Positions 1 to 12,421 of a DNA stretch of 64,000 nucleotides are shown here, one piece after another. A model generated the notes under the pieces. That model had not been told where the DNA came from. It worked only from the letters and a program-made list of their open reading frames with translations, and searched no databases. The stretch is from Euprymna scolopes (Eukaryota), in the NCBI GenBank assembly GCA_053919585.1, contig CM132821.1, one strand, 5' to 3'. Numbering within the stretch: position 1 is the first letter of the stretch; every line of letters begins with the position of its first letter. Position numbers and translations under genes: made by a program.

Positions 1-350
1 AAATAAAGTGGTAGTATGCAGGCAAGCTCGAACACGTAACGGGAAATAGGAAAAATGTGCTGCCCTCTTAATCGATGTCTCCATCGCTCGACTGATATGT
101 GAGAACTTTGACATTAAGGCTAGTCAATCGAAAAGAATAGATGACTTGTGAAAAAAAAATGGCGATGAAAAATCCGACCCATCCTTGTAGAAAACGGCGG
201 ACGTTCGAGTGTATGAATTATTGTTTTGTGCCAGCTTTTCGATGTTTTTAGTCTGAATAGACGGAGGTTTTACTTGATTCCGGTTTTTTTAAGGCTCCGT
301 CACCTCTGTAGAAATGTTCTTCGAGACATACAAACACACAGGCACACACA
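1..350 (-). mobile_element. Non-autonomous Helitron-like repeat, partial copy 1 of a tandem group
   Basis: Shares blocks with 463-964 and 965-1402 (aaagtggtagta..caggca..gaac; aaaaatc.gaccc.tccttgta.aaaac; (ca)-rich end). Confidence 0.5.
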
Positions 351-405
351 TTTTGCCTTACGAATTACCTGGATGTCAAGGTTTGTCAGGGTATTTTGAG
401 GTGCG

Positions 406-408
<3 letters not shown>

Positions 409-463
<55 letters not shown>
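409..463. repeat. (TA)n microsatellite, representative of more than 20 such tracts in the window
   Basis: Direct reading; source of the IYIYIY pseudo-ORFs. Confidence 0.97.
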
Positions 464-466
<3 letters not shown>

Positions 467-964
467 GTAGTAGCTAGGCAGGCTCCAGCCCGAGAATGTA
501 GAGAGATGTTATAAAAAATGATGATAGTAGCGTGGAAAGGGAATCAAGACAACAGTAGGCAACCAGAGTGAGGAGGTGGATAAAAAAGTGGTAGTAGACA
601 GGCATCCTTGAACCCGTGACAGCAAATCAGAAAGTGAAGGAAAATCTGACGTCTTAGCCAATGTCACTATGACGGGACCGGAAGTCAAAAGTGTTGAAAT
701 AAACCGAAGTCAACCACGCGGTGGCCATGCCTTACTAAAATATCGGCCAAAAAAAATCGGCCCCTCCTTGTACAAAACGAGCGAGTTGAGGGTGAAGGAA
801 TTAATATTTTTGGCCGATTTCCCGATATTTGTCGTTCGTGATGTCGAGCTTCAAAATGCTACTAATCTAGCATTTGTCGAATGTTTTGCGGGGCATACAA
901 ACATACATACATAAATTAATAGACACATACATTTAAACAGATATTGTAAAATTTATATCATAGA
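463..964 (-). mobile_element. Non-autonomous Helitron-like repeat, copy 2
   Basis: Homologous to the neighbouring copies; minus strand starts TCTATGATATAA (Helitron-type 5'-TC end) at 964. Confidence 0.55.
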
Positions 965-1402
965 CTAACTTGGGTTCCCGGCGTTGCCCGGGAGTTTGTA
1001 GGTGTGTGTTAAGCAAAAACAAATGGTAATAGGCAGGCAGATTCGAACCTGTATCGCGAAGGAGGAAGGAGTGTGAAAAAGAAACTGACGTCTTTGCCGA
1101 TTTGTTCATCGCCAAACAAGAAGTTATGAACGTTTAAATTAAGGCTAATCAATCCAAAAGAGAGAATGTCTTTCGAAAATATCGGCGAAAAATCGACCCC
1201 TCCCTGTGGAAAACTGCCCAGTTGAGAGTGAAGTAATTAATGTTTTCAGCCAATTGTTCGATATTTGGCGCTTGAATGGTAGTGATTAAAAGAATACTAA
1301 TCTCATGAAAATTCGTTGCCTCCGTCGAAAGTCTTAGGCAGTCATATAAACACATATACATACATATATTTAAACAGCCAGTTTAAACTTATATTATATA
1401 TA
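965..1402 (-). mobile_element. Non-autonomous Helitron-like repeat, copy 3
   Basis: Minus-strand 3' end cccgggcaacgccggg (GC hairpin)-aacccaag-TTAG (decayed CTAG); the other end is AT-rich tatata. Confidence 0.65.
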
Positions 1403-1404
1403 AA

Positions 1405-2410
1405 CGTAGGTGGAAGATTGGTAGGCGCGATTTATTTTTATTTTTAATTTCGATGTTCTTATATTTAATATATTTAATTTATTAAAAATTATTTAATAAA
1501 GTTAGAGTATTTCTCACGGTATTAAATGAGATTTGGTTAATAAGAGGCTGTTTTTTGTCTGTTGATTAGTATTGTTTTAGTACTTTTAGTCTTCGTTTGA
1601 AATTTTTTATGTATCAAATTTTAGTATTATTGGTCAAAATATTTCGAAAGTCGGACAAATAAATGTGTTACATTGAATGTTTGGTGTTGTTTAATCGTGC
1701 TATTGTAAGGTAAATTATAGGTTTTTCCCCTGGAGAGTGTCGTTGTAGCGAGGCATGTGTATGCGTTGTATGAGTGTTTGGAGTGGGTTCGGAGAGTTTA
1801 TTCGAAGGGGCTAATAAATGCAAACACTATATTAGTTTTACTTGGTGTGGTGTTAGTATTATTGTTGTTTTAATTATTAAATTGGAGTTTTAAAATTTAG
1901 TATAATATATTATATGATTTATCTTTTTTGTTCTAGTCTTTTAATTAGGTTTATTTGTATTTTTTCGTCTGTTAAGTAGTTAATGGGTAATTGTTTTATA
2001 TAGTATTTTTTGACGGTGACGTTTTTTGAAAGGGTTAGCTTTTATGTTTTTTATTTTGGATCGAATTAAATAGAGTTGTATGTGCTTATCTACAATTGCA
2101 TTCTGGGAATATTGTTTATTAGGGTTTGTTTTAAGTGTTTGGTTCTTTGTAAAATAGGTGTCGTGTTGATGCTATATTATATGAGCGGTAAATTATTATT
2201 TTATAAGAGGAGTTTCATTTTTTCTGTGCGGTCGCTTTTGTAAGTTAAGAGTATTTCATTATTGTAAATAGTTTTTGTTGTTTAGGTAATGTATTTAGTG
2301 GCCTTGCTAAAACTTACTAATATGTCAAGAAATTGCGTTTTGTTATTTATGTTTGGTTCAATGTAAATTTGAGAAAGGACTGTGTTTCTGGGTTTAGTTG
2401 GAGTTTAGTA
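1405..2410 (-). mobile_element. Decayed Penelope-like retroelement (C-terminal RT/thumb + GIY-YIG endonuclease)
   Basis: Manual minus-strand translation across frameshifts: LKFT/IEPNINNKTQFLDILV, IIYRSYNIASTRHLFYKE, LKQTLINN..IVDKHI, AYTCLATTTLSR (cf. YIGxTTTTLSRR), STIKQH. These match PLE motifs in the expected order. Confidence 0.75.
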
Positions 2411-2491
2411 AAAAAAAAGATATCCAGGAAAATCGAAAAAAATAAGGAATCCTGCCATGTTCAACCAGAGGCGCGTGACTAATGATTGCTG

Positions 2492-2568
<77 letters not shown>

Positions 2569-3875
2569 CTGTCCTTTTTTTAAATCTCCGAAACAGCTAC
2601 ACGGTACGCAGCTGATGATCCCCGTTTTCTTATTTAAAAAAATAGTTAAGGTTATCTCATTCCATCCTCATGTAGTTAAATTCTATTTTAAAATTGAAGA
2701 CTTTTGCGAAATCGGCTCATGCAAATGCTAAGTCTTTCTATTTAACAGGTTTAGTAAATGCTTCTTTTTTTTTCTTTCTTATATAAATGAGTTCTGTTTT
2801 GTCATTATAAACATTTTTAAAGTCGGATTATGTAGGTGCTAAGTCTGTGATAGGTTAAAAGTAAAATATTTTTCCTCCCGGGAATTTAAACTTCATACTT
2901 ATNNNNNNNNNNNNNNNNNNNNNNNNNNNNNNNNNNNNNNNNNNNNNNNNNNNNNNNNNNNNNNNNNNNNNNNNNNNNNNNNNNNNNNNNNNNNNNNNNN
3001 NNNNNNNNNNNNNNNNNNNNNNNNNNNNNNNNNNNNNNNNNNNNNNNNNNNNNNNNNNNNNNNNNNNNNNNNNNNNNNNNNNNNNNNNNNNNNNNNNNNN
3101 GTAGGAAATAAAACTCTGACGATGTTACAGAAAAAAAATAAAGCTGAAAATGTTTATATTCAACCATATTATTAGGATCTTAAAATGATTTTCCAAATGA
3201 TACACTTTATGTTTAGCTACTAGTAATTTATTAGTCTAGCAGTTTAGTTCGAGGAACCCCCTACCCGCATCTTGTTTACCATTATCATATAAATATGCAG
3301 GAACTCAATTGTAATATGAATATCCTACAAATAAAGTTCTTCTTAGTAGTGCATTGTATGCAATTCACCTTCATCTATTAAGATCTACCTATCTGTGTAT
3401 GTGTATTCTATCACTGTATCTAATATATACCAGGCTATGTGTTTGTCTGCCTGTCTCTATATTTCACACTGTATTTCTTCCGAAACTAAAAGTCATAGGC
3501 ATAGGGGCCTTAAATGATTGGATGTGTTATGGACCGTTCTTTTATAGGTTTTTAGTTTTAAAGGCAGAAAAATATCTAAAATTGAAATAGAAATCGTTAT
3601 AGATTTGTATATTAATTTTAGTTTATGTTTTTCGTTTGACTTGAAGCCACCAGATTACAGTCAGTTTTAAAACGATCCGTAATATCGCGCTTAATCGCGT
3701 TTGAGAAGTGGAATGTTATAGGAAATGAAATGTGTTCCTTGANNNNNNNNNNNNNNNNNNNNNNNNNNNNNNNNNNNNNNNNNNNNNNNNNNNNNNNNNN
3801 NNNNNNNNNNNNNNNNNNNNNNNNNNNNNNNNNNNNNNNNNNNNNNNNNNNNNNNNNNNNNNNNNNNNNNNNNNN

Positions 3876-4050
3876 TCCAGAATGAGTTTACATATTGTTT
3901 CAACTTGAGGAAGATCCCCAAAGAGAGGAAATGTCCAACTAGCATCGTCAGAATTCATAGATAGACTATGAATTCTGACGATGCCAGTTGGGCATTTTCT
4001 CTCTTTGTGGATCTTCCTCAAGTTGAAACAATATGTAAACTCATTCTGGA
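3876..4050. repeat. 85-bp inverted repeat (arms 3876-3960 and 3966-4050) carrying an HHR-like motif; probable PLE terminal repeat
   Basis: Arms are reverse complements with 4 substitutions and a 5-bp spacer; each contains CTGACGA...GAAACAATATGTA. Confidence 0.75.
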
Positions 4051-6611
4051 CTCACAGTAATAAATTTCTTATATATTGCTCTGGCTACACATTGAGAACT
4101 CTGTTNNNNNNNNNNNNNNNNNNNNNNNNNNNNNNNNNNNNNNNNNNNNNNNNNNNNNNNNNNNNNNNNNNNNNNNNNNNNNNNNNNNNNNNNNNNNNNN
4201 NNNNNNNNNNNNNNNNNNNNNNNNNNNNNNNNNNNNNNNNNNNNNNNNNNNGCCCGAGAAAAAAGCATATGCCTATCTATTATTTGTTGAAAACAATACT
4301 TTTTTTTTGAAATTTTAGCTGAGGCCAGCACCAAAAATTAATACAGAAAAAGGATAATTGCACCCTTTTTGTTTAAGAGATGAAGAACATATTATCCATT
4401 ACTAGATTTAGAAGTCGATCCTCTACTTTATTATTTGAGCACCCTTAGTCTTGATATGATAATAATACGCCTGATTGGTAATAATACAGAAAAAAGGAGT
4501 GTATTAGGATTTACATTCTAATCTGAGTAGTCGAATCATGAACCCATTTTTCAAGCAACTTTCGTAATAGAATTGATATAAATTTTCCATTTCATTATGA
4601 AACCGTATACAAGTGAAGTGCAACGTTCCGTAATATTACCGGCAGTTTGATTTATGAAACACGTTAATATTATATTTGTTCCTGTTGCTATGTCTCGGGC
4701 AATGATTTAGTCCTCTTATTATCAGCAATTCGTACAAATCAGATTATTGCATTAAATTTATTGCCAGCACGTGTTATAATATTGTTTTCGGTATTTATTT
4801 TCGAACCTCGAGCGTTTGAATTTCTCTGGAGACAAAAGATTCACATTTCCTTCTCGATATTTGCGCCTTTGAGCGTTTTAGTACTTTCTCTAAGGAATTC
4901 TTTGCAATTTTAGTAATAATCTCCAACATGTAACGAGTCGATATTTGACTTTTAAATTGGGTTATAACAAAATTCCGCTCGTTAAGAAAAATAGATGTGC
5001 TCTGCAAGTCTCTATGGCAAGCCAATCGCTTTTACATTAAGTTAGCGCATGTTCATCATATAACCTGTGATGCATAAAATAACATTTCATATTTTACTCC
5101 CCAAAAACTTAAGTTCAAAATGCATTTGCTAAATGTGTACGCGTAGTTATTTGTACATTTTTTGTTGTCATATAGAGAAACCAATGTAAGTTGAAATGAC
5201 TTATAATATAGGGGGATTACTTAACGTAAAAAAAAACATTTACTGATAAGACTGTTTACTAATAGACAGGGAGACGAAATTCTAAATACCATTGGAGCAA
5301 TAAATATCAAAATGAAAACGTTTGCTAGCTTGCTTACACTTTGTATTATAAGGTGAGAGTGAATGTTGACCAGAGTAATTCTGAAAAAAAAAGGGACGTC
5401 CTCCCCTACATTTTCATTTATTATCTAACGAAATAGTTTATGACGGTAAAGTTATGATTTCTATTGAATAATATTTCTTTGTATATCCTGATCGATACTA
5501 ATTGCAGGGATTCTCTCAATACAAGAATAAAACATTGATCGACATCAGGAAAGCGATAGGTTTTATCTAATCCTGTGCCAATACTTACAGTATTTTTTCT
5601 AAACATGTTTTGTGGTATGAAATTTGTTCATTAACATATATTTAATTGTTTCCGTAAAGTTATTAAAGGATGAAAGGACGGTAACAGATTTGGAACCTCA
5701 GCGTGTAATTGAATCGATACGGTTTTCACTCTTATACCCCCACATACAAATTTGGTATGGGAACTAATGTTGAGACAACTCTTATTGCGAGTTTTTGTTT
5801 ATTCTACGTTTTTAAGTGCGTTTTGTTCGGTATATTTCCTTAAGATATTTATACATATAAAGAGCCGGGGGGGTATCCATTTCAACCTTCATATCTTCCA
5901 CAATTTTTACTCACATTCAGTTTTCGGAAGATAAATTCCAATAATCCATCTGACTGTGAATAGTTTTAATCTTGTTTTGTGTTTAATTAGCTACAGCATA
6001 AAATCCCCTACATTCCATCTCCCCTTTTTTGTTTTATTTCACTTCACTCGAAGTTCTCAGAAATCAAGGGGCCCATTACCTGGAGCTAAAACTTGAACTC
6101 TATATGAGATACATGCATATTCGAATGACCCATTTAAAACCTTTATCTCTCAACCTAGGTTAGTAAAAAAATTGAGACCACAAATTTCCTCTCCCTAATT
6201 AACCATTTTCATATGTTGTAGCTTATATTTCGTTTTGGTCTCTTGGTATTACGGACTCCATGATCAGGATTTATCTATTCTGGTGGAGTATCAAGCTTCG
6301 TGCTATTACTTGAGGTAACATCACTTGTAGAAGGTGCATCATTCCTCGTAAAAGCTAATGTGAATACGCCATAGAAGGGTGATATTATTTAGGGCGCGAA
6401 TGCTGTGGTATTTTGAACATTTAGTCAGGGATTACTCCTAGGGAAAAGAATCCTCATTCGACGTTGTTCTGACAAACCCCTGGACATGTAGATTTTAGAC
6501 CTTAGTAGGTATTCAAGTTCTCTCCTGAATCGTCACTCATATTTCTAGTAGCGAAGTCTTCATGCACAGTAAGTAATTCACATTTATTATATTTTATATT
6601 TAGATGTTATT

Positions 6612-6795
6612 TATTTTTTTACAGAATAGTACACACTTATCAAGTCACAGAGTACACACAAGGAGAAGGGTTAATTAGTGTACGCGAGTAATGGGGACAA
6701 TAGCGTAGCAATCGATAGTATTACACATTTGTTATAATTTGAGTATTTAAGGTAATGGCTCAACCCGAACTTGTTTACTTTGGATTAGATGACGA
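6612..6795 (-). mobile_element. Diverged 3'-UTR fragment of the CR1/Jockey-group LINE
   Basis: Poly-T followed by the reverse complement of the LINE 3' end seen at 58500-58655 (cttatcaag..., aagggtta, cttgtttac.ttgga). Confidence 0.5.
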
Positions 6796-7134
6796 CCAAA
6801 GATGAAAACAACAATAATTAAGAAAGTATAAGCAATGATGACAACAATAGAGATAATAAAAACGAAGGAAAATGAATAACAAAAATAAATAAATGTGATT
6901 GAATAAGATAACTGAAAAGGAAACTAAATAAGCATTAAAATGATCTATAGTTAGAAGTGCAATAAATCCTGGACAACAAAAAGCTGTAACATCTTAAGCT
7001 TACCATATATTAAAATTGATAGACGATTTACTAAATAAACACTAACATGTGATTCGAGGATGCTTGTGCCCCGGATTAAATAGGATTAAATATTATCATT
7101 TAAATTAAATTGTGATATGTACAGGGGCTAATCG

Positions 7135-7404
7135 GGTTGGTTGGTTGTTTTTTTTACGGCATATCAACCCTTTTCGGGTTATTTAATGCCGAATCCAAAG
7201 ATTTAGGAAACATTTTTTTTAATAGAATATATTTGTTGTTTTCACGTAGGTTTCTATTTAACCCATAGTTGGGACCCTAACAGGTACTACCACTCCGGGT
7301 TTTATTGGACCTGGGAGCGATGGTAATTAAAGGGTGGCTGCACACTCCCCAAAGACCACAAGCTGGGGCCTCACCACTGGATATACTTAAGTTATATCCA
7401 GGAC
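7135..7404 (-). mobile_element. SINE-like retroposon (5'-truncated) with (CCAA)n tail and 13-bp TSD
   Basis: Flanked by identical caggggctaatcg (7122-7134 and 7405-7417); homologous to 60055-60288. Confidence 0.8.
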
Positions 7405-7534
7405 CAGGGGCTAATCGTGATCAAATTATTACATAAACACAATTAATAACAATCTAGTAAAATATAAAACAAATATTAAAATCATGAATGTAAATAGTAT
7501 TTTAAGTACAAAGTAATTTAATGATACCAGACAG

Positions 7535-7605
<71 letters not shown>

Positions 7606-7624
7606 CATAGCATAAGATTCTACA

Positions 7625-8068
7625 GAATGCAAATTAGACTTCGTGGCTTAGTGGGGGTTCCCTTTTCTCTTCCCTGCAACCTCTCCCCACAGATGAGACG
7701 TTGCGAGCCTGTCTTTGTTTTATCGTTATTTCCATATCAAGTGCTCGTCTGAGCTTCAGTCTTTGCCCCCCCTCGCCAATCTTTCAAGAAAAACACCGGT
7801 CTAACTGAAAACACTGTCAAAAATATTCCCCATTTTTATCTGCGCATAATTTAAAACGTAGATTCCATGAACAAAGCTCCTTTCTTGAAAGTGCACGCCT
7901 GTTGAACACTCTTTCTGACTACAACTTGGATGTCTTCAAGTCCAACATAAACACATTCCATTACTAACGATTACTATGATATTATCCCATTGATTGTTGT
8001 ACGCGCAATAACCCTTGCCCCGAGTGGCTTTCGGACCTTGATAACTGGTGACTACCACGTAAAAAAAG
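7625..8068 (+). mobile_element. 5'-truncated CR1/Jockey-group LINE 3' fragment
   Basis: Encodes SLQPLSHR.DVASLSLFYRYF; 3' UTR ccttgccccgagtggctttcggaccttgataactggtga plus A-tail, matching other copies. Confidence 0.8.
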
Positions 8069-8159
8069 TAACATGATAGAACTAATAACCTTAGTAAGTA
8101 TCATAAATAAATGGTAATGATATCCATCATTTATTAATGATAGATGATAGCAGAAATTA

Positions 8160-8485
8160 GTAAATGCTGATACACTAAATGTTCATGCAGGATAATGCTC
8201 CCATTGCCAAAGCTGGCAAGGCCAAGAGGATCATTGACGAACATGGTATTCCGTGTTTGGATTGCCCTGCACAATCTCTAGACCTTAATCCTATCGAAAA
8301 CGTATACCATTACATCAGGCAACAGCTATGCAACGATCAAAATTTAAATTTGATAGCATTTTGGAAAAAATTAAAGAGAAGTACATTAGCTTTTAACCGG
8401 AGTATTGCCGCTAACTAATTACAGGAATGCCTAAAAAGTTGCAGGATCTAAAATTGCGCATGAACCATGCTACTAAATATTTACT
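8160..8485 (+). pseudogene. Tc1-family (DD34E) transposase C-terminal fragment
   Basis: FMQDNAP...PAQSLDLNPIENV (cf. WPAQSPDLNPIENLW). Confidence 0.8.
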
Positions 8486-9232
8486 AGTTTATTGTGTTCC
8501 TGTATTATTTGCATTTAAATAAACGTTTCTCATGTGTGGAGATTCTTTTTACCTTTTCGATTTTAACTTATATTTTTAAATTGACGTGAGTACGGAGATA
8601 CGTCAATTAAAATCTATTATGAACAGAAAAAATAGGGAAATAAAATGAGAATAAAATGGTGTATGGGTTTCTTAAGCAGTACACTCAATTTAGCTTACAT
8701 ACATACATATATATGCATATATATATATATATATATAACATGGATAGATAGATAGATAAATAGACACATGCTATTGGCACTCACGAAAATGCGGTTGATG
8801 GACGATATCGAATATGTCTATCTGTAAAGAATTCTCGCATGATGAACGAGATTCGCGATGCTCGGAGAAACAACGTCACAATGATAACACTGTTGACCCC
8901 TATTGGCAGTCAGTACAGAACCGTTCATTGTTAGATTTGTGTAAAATACGTCATGCTGTTCGAAACATTTTCTAAGTTTATCATATTAAGATTTCTTCTG
9001 CAAGCTAACAGAATAACAACGAGGCATCTGAGAAGATAGGCTTGCATGCACACACATCCACATATATGTTTATGTCTGTGTGTGTCCAAAACCGTTCCTT
9101 TTATACATATATGAGCTATACTTCCTCTCTAGAAATATAGATAAACATGCACCCCCGTTTATATAATCTGTATAATACAGAAATGATATAAGCTCCTTGC
9201 TATTTCCTAATATTTAATTTTTCAAACACTCG

Positions 9233-9297
<65 letters not shown>

Positions 9298-9799
9298 GCG
9301 AATATTTTATTGAAGAGGATCTTCGTTCTTCCTTTTATGATCTTTCTTTCGAATTTTTCTTGTTTTCGTACAAGTATTTTTGTTGTGGGATCCAAAGTTC
9401 TTATAAAGTCCCCTTAGTTTACCGAACGTTTTCTGTCTCGATTGACCATCGTCAGCGTTGTTCTTCCTGTGCATACTATATATTGATTGATTTGTTCTCT
9501 GTCGTTTTACTGTTTTTATTACTAATAAAAGAGAATTCAAATTAGGCGAAACTACACATAGTAAATTAGTAATAAAAACGGTAATTTTGTAGGGAAATGT
9601 ACACACAGTGACACACCATAGAAATGTACACTTTCATATATAGACGTATAGATTACTTTATTTCTTATTACTGTTCTCATTATACTATGATTCTGTCTAT
9701 CCCCTACGTCTCTTCTCTCTGTCTTTATTTCCTATTTTTAATTTCTCTTCTTATTGATTATTCCCCTTATCTATAATCTACATCTTGCTATAAAGGATT

Positions 9800-10269
9800 A
9801 AATCTTTTGAACTTTGACCCCTTTGGCAGCTCAAATTTTCGACCCCAACCGATTAAAAACTTGCCATGCATTTGAATACCCTTTATTTAAAATTCAAATG
9901 TTTAGACCAGAAATCAGCTTAGTAATTTGGTAGAGACCACAGAGGTCACGTTTTTAACTTTGACTCTCATTTTGATTCCTAACCATTTATTGTTTTTGGA
10001 TCACATAAGATTAAAAAGTTTGATGAACGTCCAAGTAATCTACGTTTTAAATTTCAAGTTTTTAGACCCAACCTTTCTCGACGAATTTGGAAGAGTGTTC
10101 TCAGGTAAAATCGTTGAATTTTTACGACTTTAACCGTCACATTTCTGGCTTAAAATCAATTTAATCAATTTTTCCAAATCTCAATACCGATTATATCAAA
10201 TCTCGAGTCTCTAGAACGAACAAGAGTTATTTGGTAGGGAAATGTACACATACACACAGAGACATGTAC

Positions 10270-10275
<6 letters not shown>
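9800..10275 (-). mobile_element. Non-autonomous Helitron-like repeat (ttgacccc / aaatttc.agtgtttagacc family)
   Basis: Same internal subrepeats and gggaaatgtacacac..cactttatata terminus as 34421-34840, 40085-41225 and 48246-48570. Confidence 0.6.
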
Positions 10276-10335
<60 letters not shown>

Positions 10336-11749
10336 TGTATGATTTTATAAGATATATATACTCAATATTATAATAGTGTTTATATTTTTCGATTTGTTAA
10401 GTAAGGAGTAGACATTATATTTATAAGTGACAAATTCTGCACTCATTATTACTAAATCAAGCCCTCGACTAATTGTAAGTCTGTTGCCTGCAAAATTATT
10501 GCGAATACATACTCATGACACAAATGGGCTCTGTTCTGTAAACTGAGATGTACGACACTCGATGTTGTCAGTGTACTTTCAACAATCAGTGCGACAGACA
10601 CTCAACGTTTTTGGACTTTTAGTGGATTTTTGTTATCCGACTGATGTAAAATGTTCTGCATAGCACAAGGAGGTCCACCCTCCCAGTCCTTTCTGCAAAG
10701 TTATCGGGAAGAGCAAGTTTATCGCTTGTTGCCTATGGCGCCCTTACCCTTATGCTGTCGTAGAAACTCAGGCAAATTTTTGAAGGGTCGATATAATCCT
10801 CTCTAAGGAATGGGCTATTTTCCTACGTTTCGACCTTGTATAACAACCTCTCGAAATGCAACAGAAAATTAAATGTCAGTATGTATACGTCGAATTACGC
10901 TATCCTAGCGGTACTGCTACCTTCCACTGTTGTTTTTTTTATGTGTTCTTCGTTTTTCTAATTATACTTTACTTTTCTAACCTATATTCATATCAGTGTT
11001 TTACTTACGAGCCACAGAAATTGGCGTCGGAGTATGCGAATCAACAACAACCATCAAACGAAGATTCAAGATGTCACAACAAGAAATCTTAATGTACTGC
11101 AGTGTTTCACAAATGTTGGCGACAAACAGCATTAATCAACAAATGAATATTCCTCATAACTTTGCGATGAAAAATTCAATTTAAAATAATACCAATTACA
11201 AAAACATTTATCGTTGATTCAATAAGAGAATTACACCAGTTAATAATGTAAGATGTCCTCTCTATGTAATGAACGATACAAATTATATGCATTAGTATAT
11301 GTTTTATATTATCGTTTATTTTATTATTCAGTTAAAAGTTAATAATTGTGAATAGCAAATCAGTTCCTAAAAGAAAAACAAATATAATTAATTTGATTGT
11401 ACGATCGTTTCGAAGATAGCGTTCTTTTTATTGCACTTGACAATAATTATTGACCATGATTTTACAAAAGTTTTATTCTTGAAAAAAAAATAGTTTGGTC
11501 TACACAAATAGGGTGGTGAGAAAGAAGTAAAAAACACAAAAATAAAACTAGGATTTTAGTCGTGATTAATGCAAAACATCCCTATTTATCTCCATTATAA
11601 AACTTTTAAATTTTTATTTCAGCCAGTCCATCGTTGTATTTGGTCTCCGAATTGAGATAATTACTTAGAGTTTTGAAACTTATTTTTAATTCATAATCAA
11701 GATCGTTTTACTATGTCAATTTTCAGTCTACAGACTCGATATTTAACAT

Positions 11750-12421
11750 AAGGAGTATTGAGACTTGGGAAAATCGTTCCAATTATGTTTCTGCCAGAAA
11801 CTTGGGTGTCAAGGAGAAAAAGTTTAACGATTTGACTTTTAAAACTTCTACAAAACTCCCCGGCTTATTCTTTTTCTAAACACTTGAAATTTTGGACGTA
11901 GGTTACTCGCACATAGATCAAAATATTTAATTTGATTTTACACCAAAGCAATAAATGTTACGGGGTTATAATTTGTGCCAAATAAAACAAATGACTTCTC
12001 AATTAATTTTTGGTCTAAAGATTTTAAATTTTACACAAAGTGTATTCAGACATAGGGCAAGCTTTTAATCAATTTTTGGCCAAAAATGTCGCTATCAAGG
12101 GGTCAAAGTTAAAAAAATATTACCTTTGCGGTCTCTAACAAACTATTCAGCAAATTGGGGTCTAGACATTTGAAATTTTACACAAAGTGTATTTAGGCAT
12201 GAAGCAAGCTTTTTAATCAGTTTATGGGCAAACATTTAGCTTCCAAGGAGTAAACGTTGAAAGATTTGCTATTTGCAGACTCTACCAAACTCGTCCGCCA
12301 ATTCTTGGTCTAAACACTTAAAATTTTCGATGTTGGTGTCACAAATCAAACTTTTTAATATTCAAATATCCATATGCCCATAAACTTATGGGCCCCTACC
12401 CAAGCTGAGTGCAACTACTAG
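11750..12421 (+). mobile_element. Same Helitron-like family in the opposite orientation, with a 3' end
   Basis: Reverse complement of the family subrepeats (ggtcta.acacttgaaatttt x4); hairpin gcccataa-ac-ttatgggc, then ...caactaCTAG|T at 12418-12422. Confidence 0.6.

Noticed and set aside
314-514. ORFs with IYIYIY, VCVC or YYYY runs throughout the track
   Set aside because: They are translations of (TA)n, (CA)n and (TAA)n microsatellites, not genes.
2588-2625. GAAAC..CTGATGA motif pair
   Set aside because: The flanks form a simple cagct/agctg hairpin and do not fit hammerhead topology.
2886-3167. ORFs spanning N runs
   Set aside because: They stay open only because gap bases contain no stops.
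10856-11184. ORFs 10856-11092 and 10996-11184 as host exons
   Set aside because: No recognisable domain and no convincing splice or phase continuity.
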